Positions 27,547 to 38,860 are shown, counted from the stretch's first letter. The stretch: DNA of 64,000 bases from Prolixibacteraceae bacterium (GCA_963664565.1 OY761460.1:4615104-4679103), one strand, 5' to 3'. The notes: generated by a model from the sequence alone, not told the origin. Numbers and translations: made by a program.

Positions 27547-28542
27547 ATGAAAAATACAATATTAGGATACGCATTCAAATATCTTTGTTCTTTGTGTAGC
27601 AGGAAAAATATTTTATTGTTGCTCCTATGTTTTTTTATTTCTTTTTTTGGACAATGCCAGAAGAGTCAACCAGAACCGCTTCATGTTGCTGACAGTAAGC
27701 CTGTTATTAGCAATGGAGTTTTGACTCTTAAACTCGATTTAACCCGTGGCGGTGCTATTTGTTACCTGTCATCGGCAGGTTCAGATCGTAATATCGTGAA
27801 TATTAACGACGAAGGACGTTACATTCAGCAATCCTATTATGCCGGCAAGTCGGTTAACAGGCAAAGTGAAGGTCAATCTCCCTCATGGTCGCCATGGAGC
27901 TGGAACCCAATACAGGTTGGCGATGCTTTTGGGAACCGGGCTAAGATTCTTGATTTCAAAAAAGAAGAGGGAGAACTCTATGTAAAATGTATTCCTATGC
28001 AGTGGGATATGAAGAATCGGCCAGCCGAAGCTGAAATGGAACAATGGACAACTTTACAGGGAAACACATTGAAAGTGAAGAACCGGTTAACCTGTCACCG
28101 CACCGATAAAATATATGGCGACAGCATCCTGAACGATCAGGAATTACCTGCCGTTTATCCAATATCTGCTTTGAAAAAATTATACACCTATCTTGGCGAT
28201 TTTCCTTTTAAGAACGAAGCCATGTCGAATCCGGACGTTGTTAATCTTTCAAGTGGGTTTTGGGGAACGTATAAGAACGTTTCAGAACATTGGATGGCTT
28301 TTGTTGATGATAACCTTTGGGGAATGGCCGTGTATAATCCAACGAGCAATTATTTTCTGGCCGGAATGGCCGGGGTGCCTGATAAGGAAGCACTTGATGG
28401 ATCTACCTCTTATATTGCTCCGGTCAAAAAAGAGATTCTATATAAAAAATGTGTATACGAATACAAGTATTATATCATTGTCGGTACGCTTACCGAGATC
28501 CGAAAAAAGATTTACGAGTTAAACCTTCAGAATAATCCCTGA
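27547..28542 (+). CDS. Exported hypothetical protein, probably carbohydrate-active
   Basis: Signal-like hydrophobic stretch; LDLTRGGAI...DEGRYIQQSYY...WNPIQVGD. Confidence 0.7.
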   Translation: MKNTILGYAFKYLCSLCSRKNILLLLLCFFISFFGQCQKSQPEPLHVADSKPVISNGVLTLKLDLTRGGAICYLSSAGSDRNIVNINDEGRYIQQSYYAGKSVNRQSEGQSPSWSPWSWNPIQVGDAFGNRAKILDFKKEEGELYVKCIPMQWDMKNRPAEAEMEQWTTLQGNTLKVKNRLTCHRTDKIYGDSILNDQELPAVYPISALKKLYTYLGDFPFKNEAMSNPDVVNLSSGFWGTYKNVSEHWMAFVDDNLWGMAVYNPTSNYFLAGMAGVPDKEALDGSTSYIAPVKKEILYKKCVYEYKYYIIVGTLTEIRKKIYELNLQNNP

Positions 28543-28547
28543 TCATT

Positions 28548-30530
28548 ATGTTTATCCAAGACCTTAAAACATACAGATACCTGTATCGCGCTTGCATTTT
28601 ATGGAGTATGATGTTTATGTCTGCTATTACTCATTCCCAGACCGGAGGCTCAGTTTACTGCCTCGGTAACGGTGATTATGGCGTGTATGCAAAAGGAATT
28701 GATGTTATCCAGGTGTTTGGTCCGCCTTACAGTTCTCCTTCCTTATTCAGCATGAGTTTTCAGAATAAAGGGCTTGAGATTGAAACTAAGCGCGAAAAGG
28801 GAACTGATATTTACATTCACACAATATTAAAAAATGGCAAGGAAATCGGAACAATTACTGATTTTGTTTGCAGCCGTTTGGCTTGCTTTTATCGTTTGTC
28901 GGATTTAACCGAGTCGGTTTCATTTTTATTTAAAATTGCTGATCCTGAAAATAAAGTATCTGTTACCGATTATCCTTTTTATGGAAAAGAATTTGGGCTC
29001 AATCAAAGTCTGCTGGTCACTGCCGGACCGGGAGTATATGTCTATCACAATTATCCAAGTCCTTTCGAAATCAATCACCAGGTTTGTAGTAAAGGTTCTG
29101 CCAGTATTCGCCTCATGCCGGGTCGTAAAAACGAATATTTGCTCGAATTCGGAAAAGGTTTGGGAATGTTTGGTCTGGTTGGAGGTCCTTCGTTTCCGGA
29201 ATTAAATGATCATTTACGAACTGCATTTAGCCAGTCAACCAGCGATCTGTTGGCACAAACCCGTGCCGACTGGCAAATATATTCACATTCAGGCTTGGAT
29301 TTTTCATCGTTCGTTGGTCCTGTTAACGATAAAGAGCAGTTTTTGCAGGCGATTGACGATGTTTCGGTTTTGCTGAAGACACAACAGGGCCGTGAAGGAG
29401 GAGTACTTGCCGGTCATTATTATCATTTGGCGTATGTCCGCGACCAATATGGGGTTTCCAGGTCTTTTCTGGCCCTAGGGCATTACGATCAAGCACGGCA
29501 AATCCTGAATTTTTACCACAATATCTGGAAACAGTTTGGGCACATCAACAATGCCCAGGCCATTGGCATTCCCGGAATTTTTCACCGGCACGAAAACGAC
29601 GAAGTTGAAATAACCGGCTATCTGCTCATCCAGGCATTCGATTACTTCAGTAAAACAAATGACCGGGATTTCATTCGTCAGATCATGCCTTTTCTCGAAT
29701 GGTGCTGGGAGGTTCAAAAGAAGAATCTGGTTGGCGATATGCTTCCGTTTAATGGAGACGAAACTTACATTGCGGGAGGAATGGTTTCGCGAAAAGTTCT
29801 GAACGATGGTTCATCTGAGGCTACTTTATTGTTTATTGAGGGAGGCCGCAAATTTCTGGGATTTGTAAAAACTTCAAAATACAAAAGCAAGTCATGGATA
29901 CAACAGAATACGGTGATTCTGGACAAAGTGGCTGCCGTGTATCGCGACAACTTTGTGAAAAATGGGCGCTTGTTGGTAAATAACCCCAAACGAGCCGAAA
30001 TGTGCACATATCCCGAATACCGGTTTGGAGTTTGCCTTTATCCGGGGCATGGTGGTTATTGTGGTATCCTGAGACATTATAAAGGGTCGCTTTATTTCTG
30101 TAAATCATGTTACGGAAAGGCTGACCGACAAATAGAACCAGAGGCTCCTGAAGAATTTTATCTGCCCTCGGTTTCTCTGATGCCTATTTACATCGGATCG
30201 ACTCTTTTTTCAAATCAGGAGAAAGAAAATATGTTGAGCGACCTGGTGAAACTTTACCGGGAAACCGGAAGAATCACGCTGAATCAACAGGATAAAAGGT
30301 TGTTGGGTTACGATTATGGCTTGTTTCTCTATGCTCTGACAGAATTTAATCATCCGCTGGCTGATGAAATTTACCGGAAAATGATGAGCCTGCGGGATGA
30401 AACCGGGACCTGGAGCGAATATTACCAGAACAATAGTCCAAGCGGTTGCCGTTACCGGCCCTGGGAAAGCGGAATTAACATAGAAGCAGCTATTCATTAT
30501 GTCATAAATACAAAACATGATCAGAAATAA
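28548..30530 (+). CDS. Six-hairpin glycosidase-like protein (GH15/GH63-like fold)
   Basis: YHLAYVRDQYG, ENDEVE, GTWSEYY...RPWESG. Confidence 0.65.
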   Translation: MFIQDLKTYRYLYRACILWSMMFMSAITHSQTGGSVYCLGNGDYGVYAKGIDVIQVFGPPYSSPSLFSMSFQNKGLEIETKREKGTDIYIHTILKNGKEIGTITDFVCSRLACFYRLSDLTESVSFLFKIADPENKVSVTDYPFYGKEFGLNQSLLVTAGPGVYVYHNYPSPFEINHQVCSKGSASIRLMPGRKNEYLLEFGKGLGMFGLVGGPSFPELNDHLRTAFSQSTSDLLAQTRADWQIYSHSGLDFSSFVGPVNDKEQFLQAIDDVSVLLKTQQGREGGVLAGHYYHLAYVRDQYGVSRSFLALGHYDQARQILNFYHNIWKQFGHINNAQAIGIPGIFHRHENDEVEITGYLLIQAFDYFSKTNDRDFIRQIMPFLEWCWEVQKKNLVGDMLPFNGDETYIAGGMVSRKVLNDGSSEATLLFIEGGRKFLGFVKTSKYKSKSWIQQNTVILDKVAAVYRDNFVKNGRLLVNNPKRAEMCTYPEYRFGVCLYPGHGGYCGILRHYKGSLYFCKSCYGKADRQIEPEAPEEFYLPSVSLMPIYIGSTLFSNQEKENMLSDLVKLYRETGRITLNQQDKRLLGYDYGLFLYALTEFNHPLADEIYRKMMSLRDETGTWSEYYQNNSPSGCRYRPWESGINIEAAIHYVINTKHDQK

Positions 30531-31410
30531 GTTAAAAATATTTACATGTGTGTTGGGCCTGATTGTATTTTCAATGGGAACCGTAAAGGCAGTTTCGATG
30601 CCTAAACCCAATTTCGAAGTATGGCAGCTCCCTTCGCAGATTAACACCATTGGGAATTCGTATGTTTTCAGAACAGACAACGGAAAAGTTGTCGTGATGG
30701 ACGGCGGCGTAAAAGAAGAAGCCCCTTACCTGCGAGGTTTTTTGGCTGCTTTGGGCAACAAAGTTGATGTGTGGTTTATAAGCCATCCCCATGCTGATCA
30801 TGTGGGGGCATTGGCCGAGATATTAAAGGACCCGAGGGGTCTGAAAATTGAAAAAATTTATCACTCTGAGTTCTCTCCTAAGCTTTATGGCGCAGAACCT
30901 GACAGCAAAGAAGGCGTTGAAAAGTTTTATGAATTGCTGAAGAAATCAGGGATTCAGGTGGAAGATATTAAAACTCCGGGCATGGTTATCACGCTTGGCC
31001 AAACCAGTTATAAAATTCTGGGTGTGAAAAATGAAGATCTTATGACGAACCCCTACAACAATTCGAGTATGATCATCCGGGTTTGGGACAAGGCCAAATC
31101 GATGCTTTTCCTGGGCGATTGCGGCAGCGAAGAAAGCGAGCGTTTACTGAATAGTCCTTTCAGAAAGGAGCTTGATTGCGATTATCTGCAAATGGCCCAT
31201 CACGGGCAGCAGGGCGCCAGCAAGCATTTTTATCGCACAGTCAAATTCAAGGCCTGCCTATGGCCTTCACCGTCGTGGGTATACAATAACGATGCAGGAA
31301 AAGGATTCAACACCCATATTCTGAAAACAATCGAAATTCGTGACCTGATCGATTCTCTCGGAATTAAAGAGAATTATGTGAGCTATAAGGGAATATACAA
31401 GATCAGATAA
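30517..31410 (+). CDS. Metallo-beta-lactamase-fold hydrolase (ComEC-like)
   Basis: VMDGG, SHPHADHVG, NNSSM, LFLGD, QMAHHG; signal peptide. Confidence 0.88.
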   Translation: MIRNKLKIFTCVLGLIVFSMGTVKAVSMPKPNFEVWQLPSQINTIGNSYVFRTDNGKVVVMDGGVKEEAPYLRGFLAALGNKVDVWFISHPHADHVGALAEILKDPRGLKIEKIYHSEFSPKLYGAEPDSKEGVEKFYELLKKSGIQVEDIKTPGMVITLGQTSYKILGVKNEDLMTNPYNNSSMIIRVWDKAKSMLFLGDCGSEESERLLNSPFRKELDCDYLQMAHHGQQGASKHFYRTVKFKACLWPSPSWVYNNDAGKGFNTHILKTIEIRDLIDSLGIKENYVSYKGIYKIR

Positions 31411-31430
31411 AAACCTAAACCAACCAAACC

Positions 31431-33605
31431 ATGAACAGAAAATTGAATTACGGTTCTATTCGGTTGATTATCTTTTCCATGAAGGCTTTTATGCTAGCTT
31501 TAGTATTGCCTTTTCTTTCCTGTAAAAAGGATAATCCAATCGTTCCCGTAGTTGTTCCTGCCGAAAAAAACAGTTACGTGAATTTTCAGCAATCGTCGGC
31601 AAACCAGCTTCAGGTCACTCCCAAAGGTTCGTCGCAATACGAGTTGACGACCACCGGTGAAGATCCTTATGTGTCGCTGGTTCCGCTTACCAAGGCCAAT
31701 CCTTCCGACCAGATGGTTTTCACTTTCGAGTACCAAAGTTCCAAAGAAATAAGCAGCATGCAGTTCTTCTTCGCGTCACCGGTATCCGAAGATCGTTCTT
31801 TTAAAACGGCCAGTCTCCCGGCAGTTACAACATGGACTACTTATTCGGTTGATATGGGCGAATACATCAAACAGTTCAACTGGGGAAGCGTTGGAAACTT
31901 TCTTCGTCTCGATTTCGGAAACTTGTCGGGAGTGGTGATTCAGATTCGCAACATGCAATTCCGTGTCCGAACAGCTGCAGAAATCGCACAGGCCAAAGCT
32001 CGCGAAGACCAGGTTGCTTATGATCTTTTACTCGAATCGAATATCAAAAAATACCTTGCGGTCAGCTATGGTTCGAAAATTTCGGAAGTGAAGGTTAGCG
32101 CTTCAACTGTCAGTATCACAGGAAACTATTCAGGCGATGGAAAATTTAGCCTTTGCGAGGTAACGCCTTACGATCAACTGACCCAGATTACCAAATTTCA
32201 GAACACGACAGCGCTCAGTAGCCCGTCTTTCTCGGTTGATCTTGACCGGTTTATAACCCGCGACGGATTTAAATACGACCGGGCTTTGTCGAAATGGGTG
32301 ATTGTCAAAACAGGGGCTACTTCAGACGAGATTGTTTCCGGCGCCCGCTATGCCGACCAGATTCCGGCTTCCCAAAACCTGCAGGTACAGAAACCATCAG
32401 GACGGAAAGGTTTGGGCGGTTTCGCGGATAGCCGTGGGTTCCAAACCGACCTTGACGACCTTCACATTACCAGCGCTACCGTTAACATTGCCTTTACCGA
32501 ATTCATGTACCTGCAACCGCGATCTAATGCAATTGCGCATACTTATGGCGACAAAACCTACTATTTCGATCAGGCAAAGGTCGGGGCACTCGACAAGACG
32601 CTGCAAACCACCCAGTCGAAAAATATTGTGGTGGCGGCCATCATTTTGGTACAAAAAGCTTCGCAATGTGCCGATCCTGAAATCGGGAAACTGCTTCAGC
32701 ACCCGAATTACACTTCCGAGGGTATTTTCACCATGCCCAACATGACCACCGCCGAAAGCCTGAACTGCTATGCTGCTGCACTCGATTTTCTGGCCAGCCG
32801 CTATTGCCGCAGCGACAATGCTTACGGACGCATTCATCATTGGATTATGCACAACGAAGTAGATGCAGGGCTTTCGTGGACCAACATGGGCGATAAACCC
32901 ATGGTGGTTTATACCGACACGTACATCAAATCGATGAGGCTTTGCTACAACATTGCTCGGAAATACGATGCCAACAGCGAGGTGTTTGGCTCTTTCACCC
33001 ACTCCTGGGCGGAAGCCGTCGGTTCGAAATATTATGCCACCAAAGACATGCTGAAAACCATTCAGGATTACTGCAATGCCGAAGGCGATTTTCAATGGGC
33101 CGTGGCTTATCACCCGTATCCTGAGAACCTGTTTGAACCCAAAACATGGAACGATGCCAACGCCACTTTCAGCATGAGTTCGGCATTGGTTACGTTCAAA
33201 AACCTGGAAGTACTGGATGCCTGGATCAAAAAACCGGAAAATAAATACAAAGGTACCATCAAACGAACACTCTGGCTGTCGGAAAACGGGACCAACTCGA
33301 AGACATACGGTGATCAGGATTTGAAAGAACAGGCGGCAGGGTTTGCCTACACCTGGAAAAAGATGAAGAACCTTGATGGAATCGACGCTTTCCAATGGCA
33401 CAACTGGATTGATAACCGTGCAGAAGATGGTTTGCGGATCGGCCTGCGCCGCTTCCCCGACGACACCACCGACCCGGGAGGTAAAAAGCCCGTTTGGTAT
33501 GTGTATCAGGCTGCCGACACCGATCAGGAAGACGCTGTTTTTGAACCGTATAAATCGGTCGTCGGAATTAGTAACTGGAGCGAGGTTCTGCATCCGGTTC
33601 AGTAA
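31431..33605 (+). CDS. Lipoprotein with CBM-like N-terminal module and DUF5722-like putative glycoside hydrolase domain
   Basis: Lipobox FLSC; WIMHNEVD, YHPYP, LSENG (clan GH-A-like catalytic Glu pair by inference). Confidence 0.7.
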   Translation: MNRKLNYGSIRLIIFSMKAFMLALVLPFLSCKKDNPIVPVVVPAEKNSYVNFQQSSANQLQVTPKGSSQYELTTTGEDPYVSLVPLTKANPSDQMVFTFEYQSSKEISSMQFFFASPVSEDRSFKTASLPAVTTWTTYSVDMGEYIKQFNWGSVGNFLRLDFGNLSGVVIQIRNMQFRVRTAAEIAQAKAREDQVAYDLLLESNIKKYLAVSYGSKISEVKVSASTVSITGNYSGDGKFSLCEVTPYDQLTQITKFQNTTALSSPSFSVDLDRFITRDGFKYDRALSKWVIVKTGATSDEIVSGARYADQIPASQNLQVQKPSGRKGLGGFADSRGFQTDLDDLHITSATVNIAFTEFMYLQPRSNAIAHTYGDKTYYFDQAKVGALDKTLQTTQSKNIVVAAIILVQKASQCADPEIGKLLQHPNYTSEGIFTMPNMTTAESLNCYAAALDFLASRYCRSDNAYGRIHHWIMHNEVDAGLSWTNMGDKPMVVYTDTYIKSMRLCYNIARKYDANSEVFGSFTHSWAEAVGSKYYATKDMLKTIQDYCNAEGDFQWAVAYHPYPENLFEPKTWNDANATFSMSSALVTFKNLEVLDAWIKKPENKYKGTIKRTLWLSENGTNSKTYGDQDLKEQAAGFAYTWKKMKNLDGIDAFQWHNWIDNRAEDGLRIGLRRFPDDTTDPGGKKPVWYVYQAADTDQEDAVFEPYKSVVGISNWSEVLHPVQ

Positions 33606-33631
33606 AGAGTAACAAACTAAACGAATAAACC

Positions 33632-35449
33632 ATGACCGACCAAAATCTATTAAAAAGAATTGCAGCAGCGACAATCGTCAGCTTCTGTGCCGCACAATCG
33701 CCTGCTCAGCCGGTCTTTCCCGATCAGTGGGCTGCAACCGACGCCCTTGGCCGAAAAGTGCGCGAATACAGCGACGCCGGAGATAAAAAACAAGACAAGT
33801 TCGTTGCTATCTTTTATTGGACCTGGCATCAGGGAAACGATGATAAAGCGTATCCGGTGAAAAACATCACCGAAATAGTTCGAAAATATCCTGAAGCCAT
33901 GAAAGATTATCATCATCCGGCATGGGGCAATAAACAACCCGGTTTTTTCTTCTGGGAACAACCACTACTCGGATATTACAAAACCACCGATCCATGGGTC
34001 TTGCGCAAACATGCCGAAATGCTGGCTGATGCCGGTGTTGATGCTGTCTTTTTTGATTGCACCAATGGCGATATTACCTGGAAAGAGTCGTACGAAGCAT
34101 TGCTGAAAACTTGGGATCAGGCTCAAAAAGATGGGGTGAATACACCTAAAATTGCTTATATGCTCCCCTTTGGCCCGGTGCCTCATGCGCTGGTTTCGCT
34201 TCGCCAGTTGTACCGCGATGTATATAAACCAGGCCGGTATAAAAACCTGTGGTTCTATTGGAAAGGGAAACCCTGCATCATGGGTTATCCCGATAATCTG
34301 ACCGATTCAGACGAAGATCGTGAAATTGCCAATTTCTTTACTTTCCGTCCCGGACAGCCCGACTACGTGAACGGACCGACGCGCAACGACCAGTGGGGAT
34401 GGCTCGAAAACTATCCGCAGCATGGTTATGTGAAAGGAGCCGACGGCAAGTTTGAACAGGTAACCGTTGGAATAGCACAAAACGCTTGCCCTGAAACCAA
34501 GGGACATTGCAGCGCCTTTAACCTGCCTGGATCTTTTGGTCGTAACTTCAGCCAGCGCAATGGATTTGATCCGCGTGTTGATGGTTATTTATATGGTTGG
34601 AATTTTATGGAACAATGGGATCGTGCATTTGAACTCGATCCTGAATTGGTTTTTGTAACCGGGTGGAATGAATATATCGCCGGACAATGGTTGCCGAAGG
34701 ATGGTTGGACCGGGAATCCGTTTTCGTTTGTCGATCAGTTCGACTGGGCGCACAGCCGGGATATTGAGCCCAATAAAGGGTGGGGCGATAAAGGCGATGT
34801 GTACTATCTTCAACTTATTGATCAGGTTCGGAAGTTTAAAGGAATGACTGTGCCTGAAAAGGTTTCGGTAGCAAAAACTATCAGGATTGGAAACGCCGAA
34901 GACTGGATGGATGTTAAACCGAATTTTGTACATTACAGGGGAAATACTTTGCACCGCGACCATGAAGGCCGCTACGACCAATATTACCGGAACACTACAG
35001 GCCGCAATGATATTACAAAGGCAAAAGTGGCCCGGGATTCTGAAAAAGTTTATTTTTACGTGGAAACTGCGGAAACATTGACCCCTGCAACCGATCGCAA
35101 CTGGATGATGCTTTTCATCGATTCCGACCGAGATAAATCGACCGGCTGGAATGGCTACGATTTCATTGTCAATCGGGTCAGCCCAAGGGGCAAGAAAGCT
35201 GTGATTGAAAAAAATGTGGGCAACCGCTGGGAATGGGAACAGGCAGCCGAAACCAAATTAGCTGTCAACGGCAATAAGCTGGAACTGGAAATCCCAAGAA
35301 GCGTGCTGAGCCTTTCCAGTAAAACTGTGAACATCGAGTTCAAATGGAATGACAACATGCAGGAAAACGGCAACATCATGGACTTCTATGTCAACGGAGA
35401 TACTGCGCCGGGGGGACGTTTCAATTTTGTATTTAATGAGAATAACTAA
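33632..35449 (+). CDS. Unclassified GH99/GH71-like glycoside hydrolase with C-terminal beta-sandwich
   Basis: FYWTWH, WEQPLLGYY, HAEMLADAGVD, TGWNEY, SRDIEP. Confidence 0.65.
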   Translation: MTDQNLLKRIAAATIVSFCAAQSPAQPVFPDQWAATDALGRKVREYSDAGDKKQDKFVAIFYWTWHQGNDDKAYPVKNITEIVRKYPEAMKDYHHPAWGNKQPGFFFWEQPLLGYYKTTDPWVLRKHAEMLADAGVDAVFFDCTNGDITWKESYEALLKTWDQAQKDGVNTPKIAYMLPFGPVPHALVSLRQLYRDVYKPGRYKNLWFYWKGKPCIMGYPDNLTDSDEDREIANFFTFRPGQPDYVNGPTRNDQWGWLENYPQHGYVKGADGKFEQVTVGIAQNACPETKGHCSAFNLPGSFGRNFSQRNGFDPRVDGYLYGWNFMEQWDRAFELDPELVFVTGWNEYIAGQWLPKDGWTGNPFSFVDQFDWAHSRDIEPNKGWGDKGDVYYLQLIDQVRKFKGMTVPEKVSVAKTIRIGNAEDWMDVKPNFVHYRGNTLHRDHEGRYDQYYRNTTGRNDITKAKVARDSEKVYFYVETAETLTPATDRNWMMLFIDSDRDKSTGWNGYDFIVNRVSPRGKKAVIEKNVGNRWEWEQAAETKLAVNGNKLELEIPRSVLSLSSKTVNIEFKWNDNMQENGNIMDFYVNGDTAPGGRFNFVFNENN

Positions 35450-35479
35450 AACAAACATAAACCATTAAACCAAGCAATT

Positions 35480-38400
35480 ATGAATTTTTTATTCAAACTA
35501 ACCGCCTGTATTGTTTGTGCGACTTTTATTCTGGCCTGTGCAACGAATCCGGGAAAAGTTTCAGATCAGAATCTGGAACGTGGGTTTGTTACGCCACCCG
35601 ATTCCATACAAACCAGTGTTTACTGGTACTGGATTTCTGATAATATCTCGAAAGAAGGGGTAATCAACGACCTTAAATCGATGAAGAAAGCCGGTATCAA
35701 CCGGGCTTTTATTGGCAATATTGGATTAAGTGATATTCCTTATGGGAAAGTCAAAATGCTAAGTCCTGAATGGTGGGACATTATCCATGCTGCCCTGAAA
35801 ACAGCCACCGAACTGAACATCGAAATCGGCATTTTCAACTCGCCGGGATGGAGCCAGTCGGGTGGACCATGGGTGAAGGCTGATGCCGCCATGCGTTACC
35901 TTACTGCTTCGGAATTACGGGTGAAAGGTCCGCAGAAACTCATTCAACAACTCGACAAACCCATCGATCTTTTCCAGGATGTAAAAGTCATTGCCTATCC
36001 TGCGCCAAAAGACGACCAGTTGGTTCTGAATACTCAAAACGCAAAAATAACATCTGTTCCGCAGGTGGCCGATCTGGCAAAAATCGCCGATGGCGATCGT
36101 AAAACGGGCATTACCTTTCCGGCAGAACACGATTATACCATTGATTTAGAGGCAAAAACTCCGTTTACCGCACGGAGCCTTTCGATTCGTACCACCGAAA
36201 AACCGATGGGAGCTCCGGCTGTTCTCCAGGTGAAAGATGCCAGCGGAACTTTCCGTACCATTTCCGAATTTCAGATCAACCGTACCAATGCGGGGCTGAA
36301 TGTTGGTTTTGAACCTTATGCACCAGTGGTGGTTTCATTTCCCGAAACTACCGCAACTGCCTTTCGCCTGGTAATAAAAAATGCAAAGCCGGGTACAGGT
36401 CTTGCCGAAGTGGCGCTTTCCTCTTCTCCCCGGGTTGAGCGTTATGCCGAAAAGAAACTGGCCAAGATGCACCCAACGCCGCTTCCTTACTGGCACGAAT
36501 ATCAGTGGCCGCAACAGCCCGAGCCAGCCGATAAGTCAATGGTGATCGACGCTTCGAAAGTCATCGATCTTTCCAAAAACTTTTCAGCCGACGGAACTCT
36601 ATCCTGGGATGTTCCTGAAGGCGAATGGGTGATCCTTCGTACAGGCATGACCCCGACAGGGACCAAAAACAGCCCGGCATCGCCCGAAGCTACCGGTTAT
36701 GAAGTGGATAAAATGAGCAAAGAACTTGTTGCCATGCACTTTAACGGTCATATGGGTGAAGTATTGAAACGCATTCCCGAAGCCGATCGAAAAACATTCA
36801 AAGTAGTGGTTCAGGATAGCTACGAAATGGGCGGACAAAACTTCACCGACGGATTTTTGGAAGAATTCAAGCAACGATATGGTTACGATCCAATCCCGTA
36901 CCTTCCGGTTTACCAGGGAATGGTTGTCAACAGCGAGCAGGAATCCGACCGGTTTTTATGGGATATGCGCCGCATGGTGGCCGACAAGGTGGCTTATGAT
37001 TATGTTGGCGGATTGCGTGACATCAGTCACAAACACGGATTGCACACCTGGCTCGAATGCTACGGTCATTGGGGCTTTCCGAGTGAATTCCTGATGTACG
37101 GCGGACAATCAGACGAAATTGGCGGCGAATTTTGGAGCGAAGGTGAACTCGGAAATATCGAAAATCGCGCAGCAACTTCGTGTGGTCATATCTATGGAAA
37201 AAACAAAATCTCAGCCGAATCTAATACCTGTTCAGGAAGGTCATTCTCCCGTTATCCGGGAGTCATCAAGCAACGTGGAGACCGGTTTTTTGCCGAAGGA
37301 ATCAACAATACCTTGCTGCATGTGTACATTACCCAGCCTTACGAGGACAAAAATCCGGGAGTGAATGCCTGGTTCGGTAACGAGTTCAACCGCAAAAACA
37401 CCTGGTTTTCACAAATGGACGTTTATACCCAATACCTGAAACGTACCAATTACATGCTTCAGCAAGGCTTAAATGTAGCCGATGTGGCGTATTTCATTGG
37501 CGAAGATGCTCCGAAGATGACCGGAATTGCCGATCCTGCCCTTCCTGTGGGATACCAGTTCGATTACATGAATGCTGAAGTGATCGAAAAATACATGACC
37601 GTGAAAAATGGCCTGATCACTTTGCCTCACGGAACGCAATACCGCATTCTGGTGTTGCCAAAACTGGAAACCATGCGGCCTGAATTGCTAGCCAAAATCA
37701 AACAGTTGGTCCGCGATGGCGCCGTGGTTCTTGGTCCGGCACCCCGGCGTTCGCCCAGTTTGCAGAATCAGCCTGTAGCTGATCAGCAGGTGCATACGCT
37801 GGCTACCGAATTATGGGGCGATGTGGATGGCGTAAAAGTGAAATCACGCAAATTTGGAAAAGGCACAATCATGAATGGATTGAGCATGGAAGAAGCATTC
37901 GCTCAAATCAACAGTGTGCCCGATTGCAAACTGCCCGAAGATCGCACCATTCACTATGGACACCGCACTTCAAAAAATGGCGAGTTCTACTTTGTGACCA
38001 ACCAAACCGGCGAAACAAAATTAGTTACTCCTGAATTTCGGGTGAAAGGATTGCAACCCGAACTTTGGGAAACGACCACCGGATCGATGCGCAACCTACC
38101 GGCTTATGAACAGAAAGAAAATGCCACAGCCGTTCCGCTGAAACTAGCTCCTTACGAAAGCGTATTTGTGGTTTTCCGCAAAACGGCAGGCCCGGCAAAG
38201 TCAAACAAGGTGGAGGCTAATTATCCGGAACCAATCCTTCTGGCCGAACTGAAAGACCCATGGACGGTACAATTCGATGCAGCTCAGCGTGGACCGGAAC
38301 AACCGGTTGTATTCGAAACTCTTCAGGATTGGACAACTTTTTCGGATGACCGGATCAAATACTATTCAGGAACAGCTTTCTACACCAATAAATTCAAGCT

Positions 38401-38722
38401 CGACCAGCTCCCTGAAGGCAAAAAGATCGTGATCAACCTGGGCAGTTTCACCGCAATGGCTAAAGTTTCGGTCAATGGCACTTATGTCGGTGGCTTGTGG
38501 ACAGCACCATACCAGCTCGATATCACTTCGTTTGTGAAATCGGGCGAAAACGACCTGAAGATTGAGATGGTCAACACCTGGGTGAACCGTTTGATTGGCG
38601 ACCTAAAACTGCCTGAAGACCAGCGTAAGACCTGGTGCCCTGTCAATCCGTACAAAGCCGACAGTCCGCTTCAACCATCTGGTTTATTCGGACCTGTAAC
38701 GGTTTCAGAAGTGCAGTATTAA
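35480..38722 (+). CDS. GH106-like alpha-L-rhamnosidase
   Basis: VYWYWISDNISKEG, NSPGWSQSGGPWV, QDSYEMG, GEFW, SAES, NTWVNRLIGD. Confidence 0.85.
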   Translation: MNFLFKLTACIVCATFILACATNPGKVSDQNLERGFVTPPDSIQTSVYWYWISDNISKEGVINDLKSMKKAGINRAFIGNIGLSDIPYGKVKMLSPEWWDIIHAALKTATELNIEIGIFNSPGWSQSGGPWVKADAAMRYLTASELRVKGPQKLIQQLDKPIDLFQDVKVIAYPAPKDDQLVLNTQNAKITSVPQVADLAKIADGDRKTGITFPAEHDYTIDLEAKTPFTARSLSIRTTEKPMGAPAVLQVKDASGTFRTISEFQINRTNAGLNVGFEPYAPVVVSFPETTATAFRLVIKNAKPGTGLAEVALSSSPRVERYAEKKLAKMHPTPLPYWHEYQWPQQPEPADKSMVIDASKVIDLSKNFSADGTLSWDVPEGEWVILRTGMTPTGTKNSPASPEATGYEVDKMSKELVAMHFNGHMGEVLKRIPEADRKTFKVVVQDSYEMGGQNFTDGFLEEFKQRYGYDPIPYLPVYQGMVVNSEQESDRFLWDMRRMVADKVAYDYVGGLRDISHKHGLHTWLECYGHWGFPSEFLMYGGQSDEIGGEFWSEGELGNIENRAATSCGHIYGKNKISAESNTCSGRSFSRYPGVIKQRGDRFFAEGINNTLLHVYITQPYEDKNPGVNAWFGNEFNRKNTWFSQMDVYTQYLKRTNYMLQQGLNVADVAYFIGEDAPKMTGIADPALPVGYQFDYMNAEVIEKYMTVKNGLITLPHGTQYRILVLPKLETMRPELLAKIKQLVRDGAVVLGPAPRRSPSLQNQPVADQQVHTLATELWGDVDGVKVKSRKFGKGTIMNGLSMEEAFAQINSVPDCKLPEDRTIHYGHRTSKNGEFYFVTNQTGETKLVTPEFRVKGLQPELWETTTGSMRNLPAYEQKENATAVPLKLAPYESVFVVFRKTAGPAKSNKVEANYPEPILLAELKDPWTVQFDAAQRGPEQPVVFETLQDWTTFSDDRIKYYSGTAFYTNKFKLDQLPEGKKIVINLGSFTAMAKVSVNGTYVGGLWTAPYQLDITSFVKSGENDLKIEMVNTWVNRLIGDLKLPEDQRKTWCPVNPYKADSPLQPSGLFGPVTVSEVQY

Positions 38723-38766
38723 TTGATTATTAGGTAACGTAACTGGAAGCAAATATCCAATTCTCC

Positions 38767-38860
38767 CTTTGCGAAACTTTGTGAAAACTTCGTGAAACTT
38801 TGCGGTAATAAAGGTTAAACGCAAAGAACCGCCAAGTTAACTTCGCTAAGTTTCGCAAAG
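38767..38860. repeat. Intergenic palindromic repeat (ctttgcgaaactt...aagtttcgcaaag)
   Basis: 13-bp terminal inverted repeat with internal tandem gaaactt units. Confidence 0.65.

Noticed and set aside
32397-33674. 425-aa minus-strand ORF (also 39018-40013, 44630-45514, 48169-49020)
   Set aside because: Antisense shadows of clear plus-strand genes, with no recognisable motifs.
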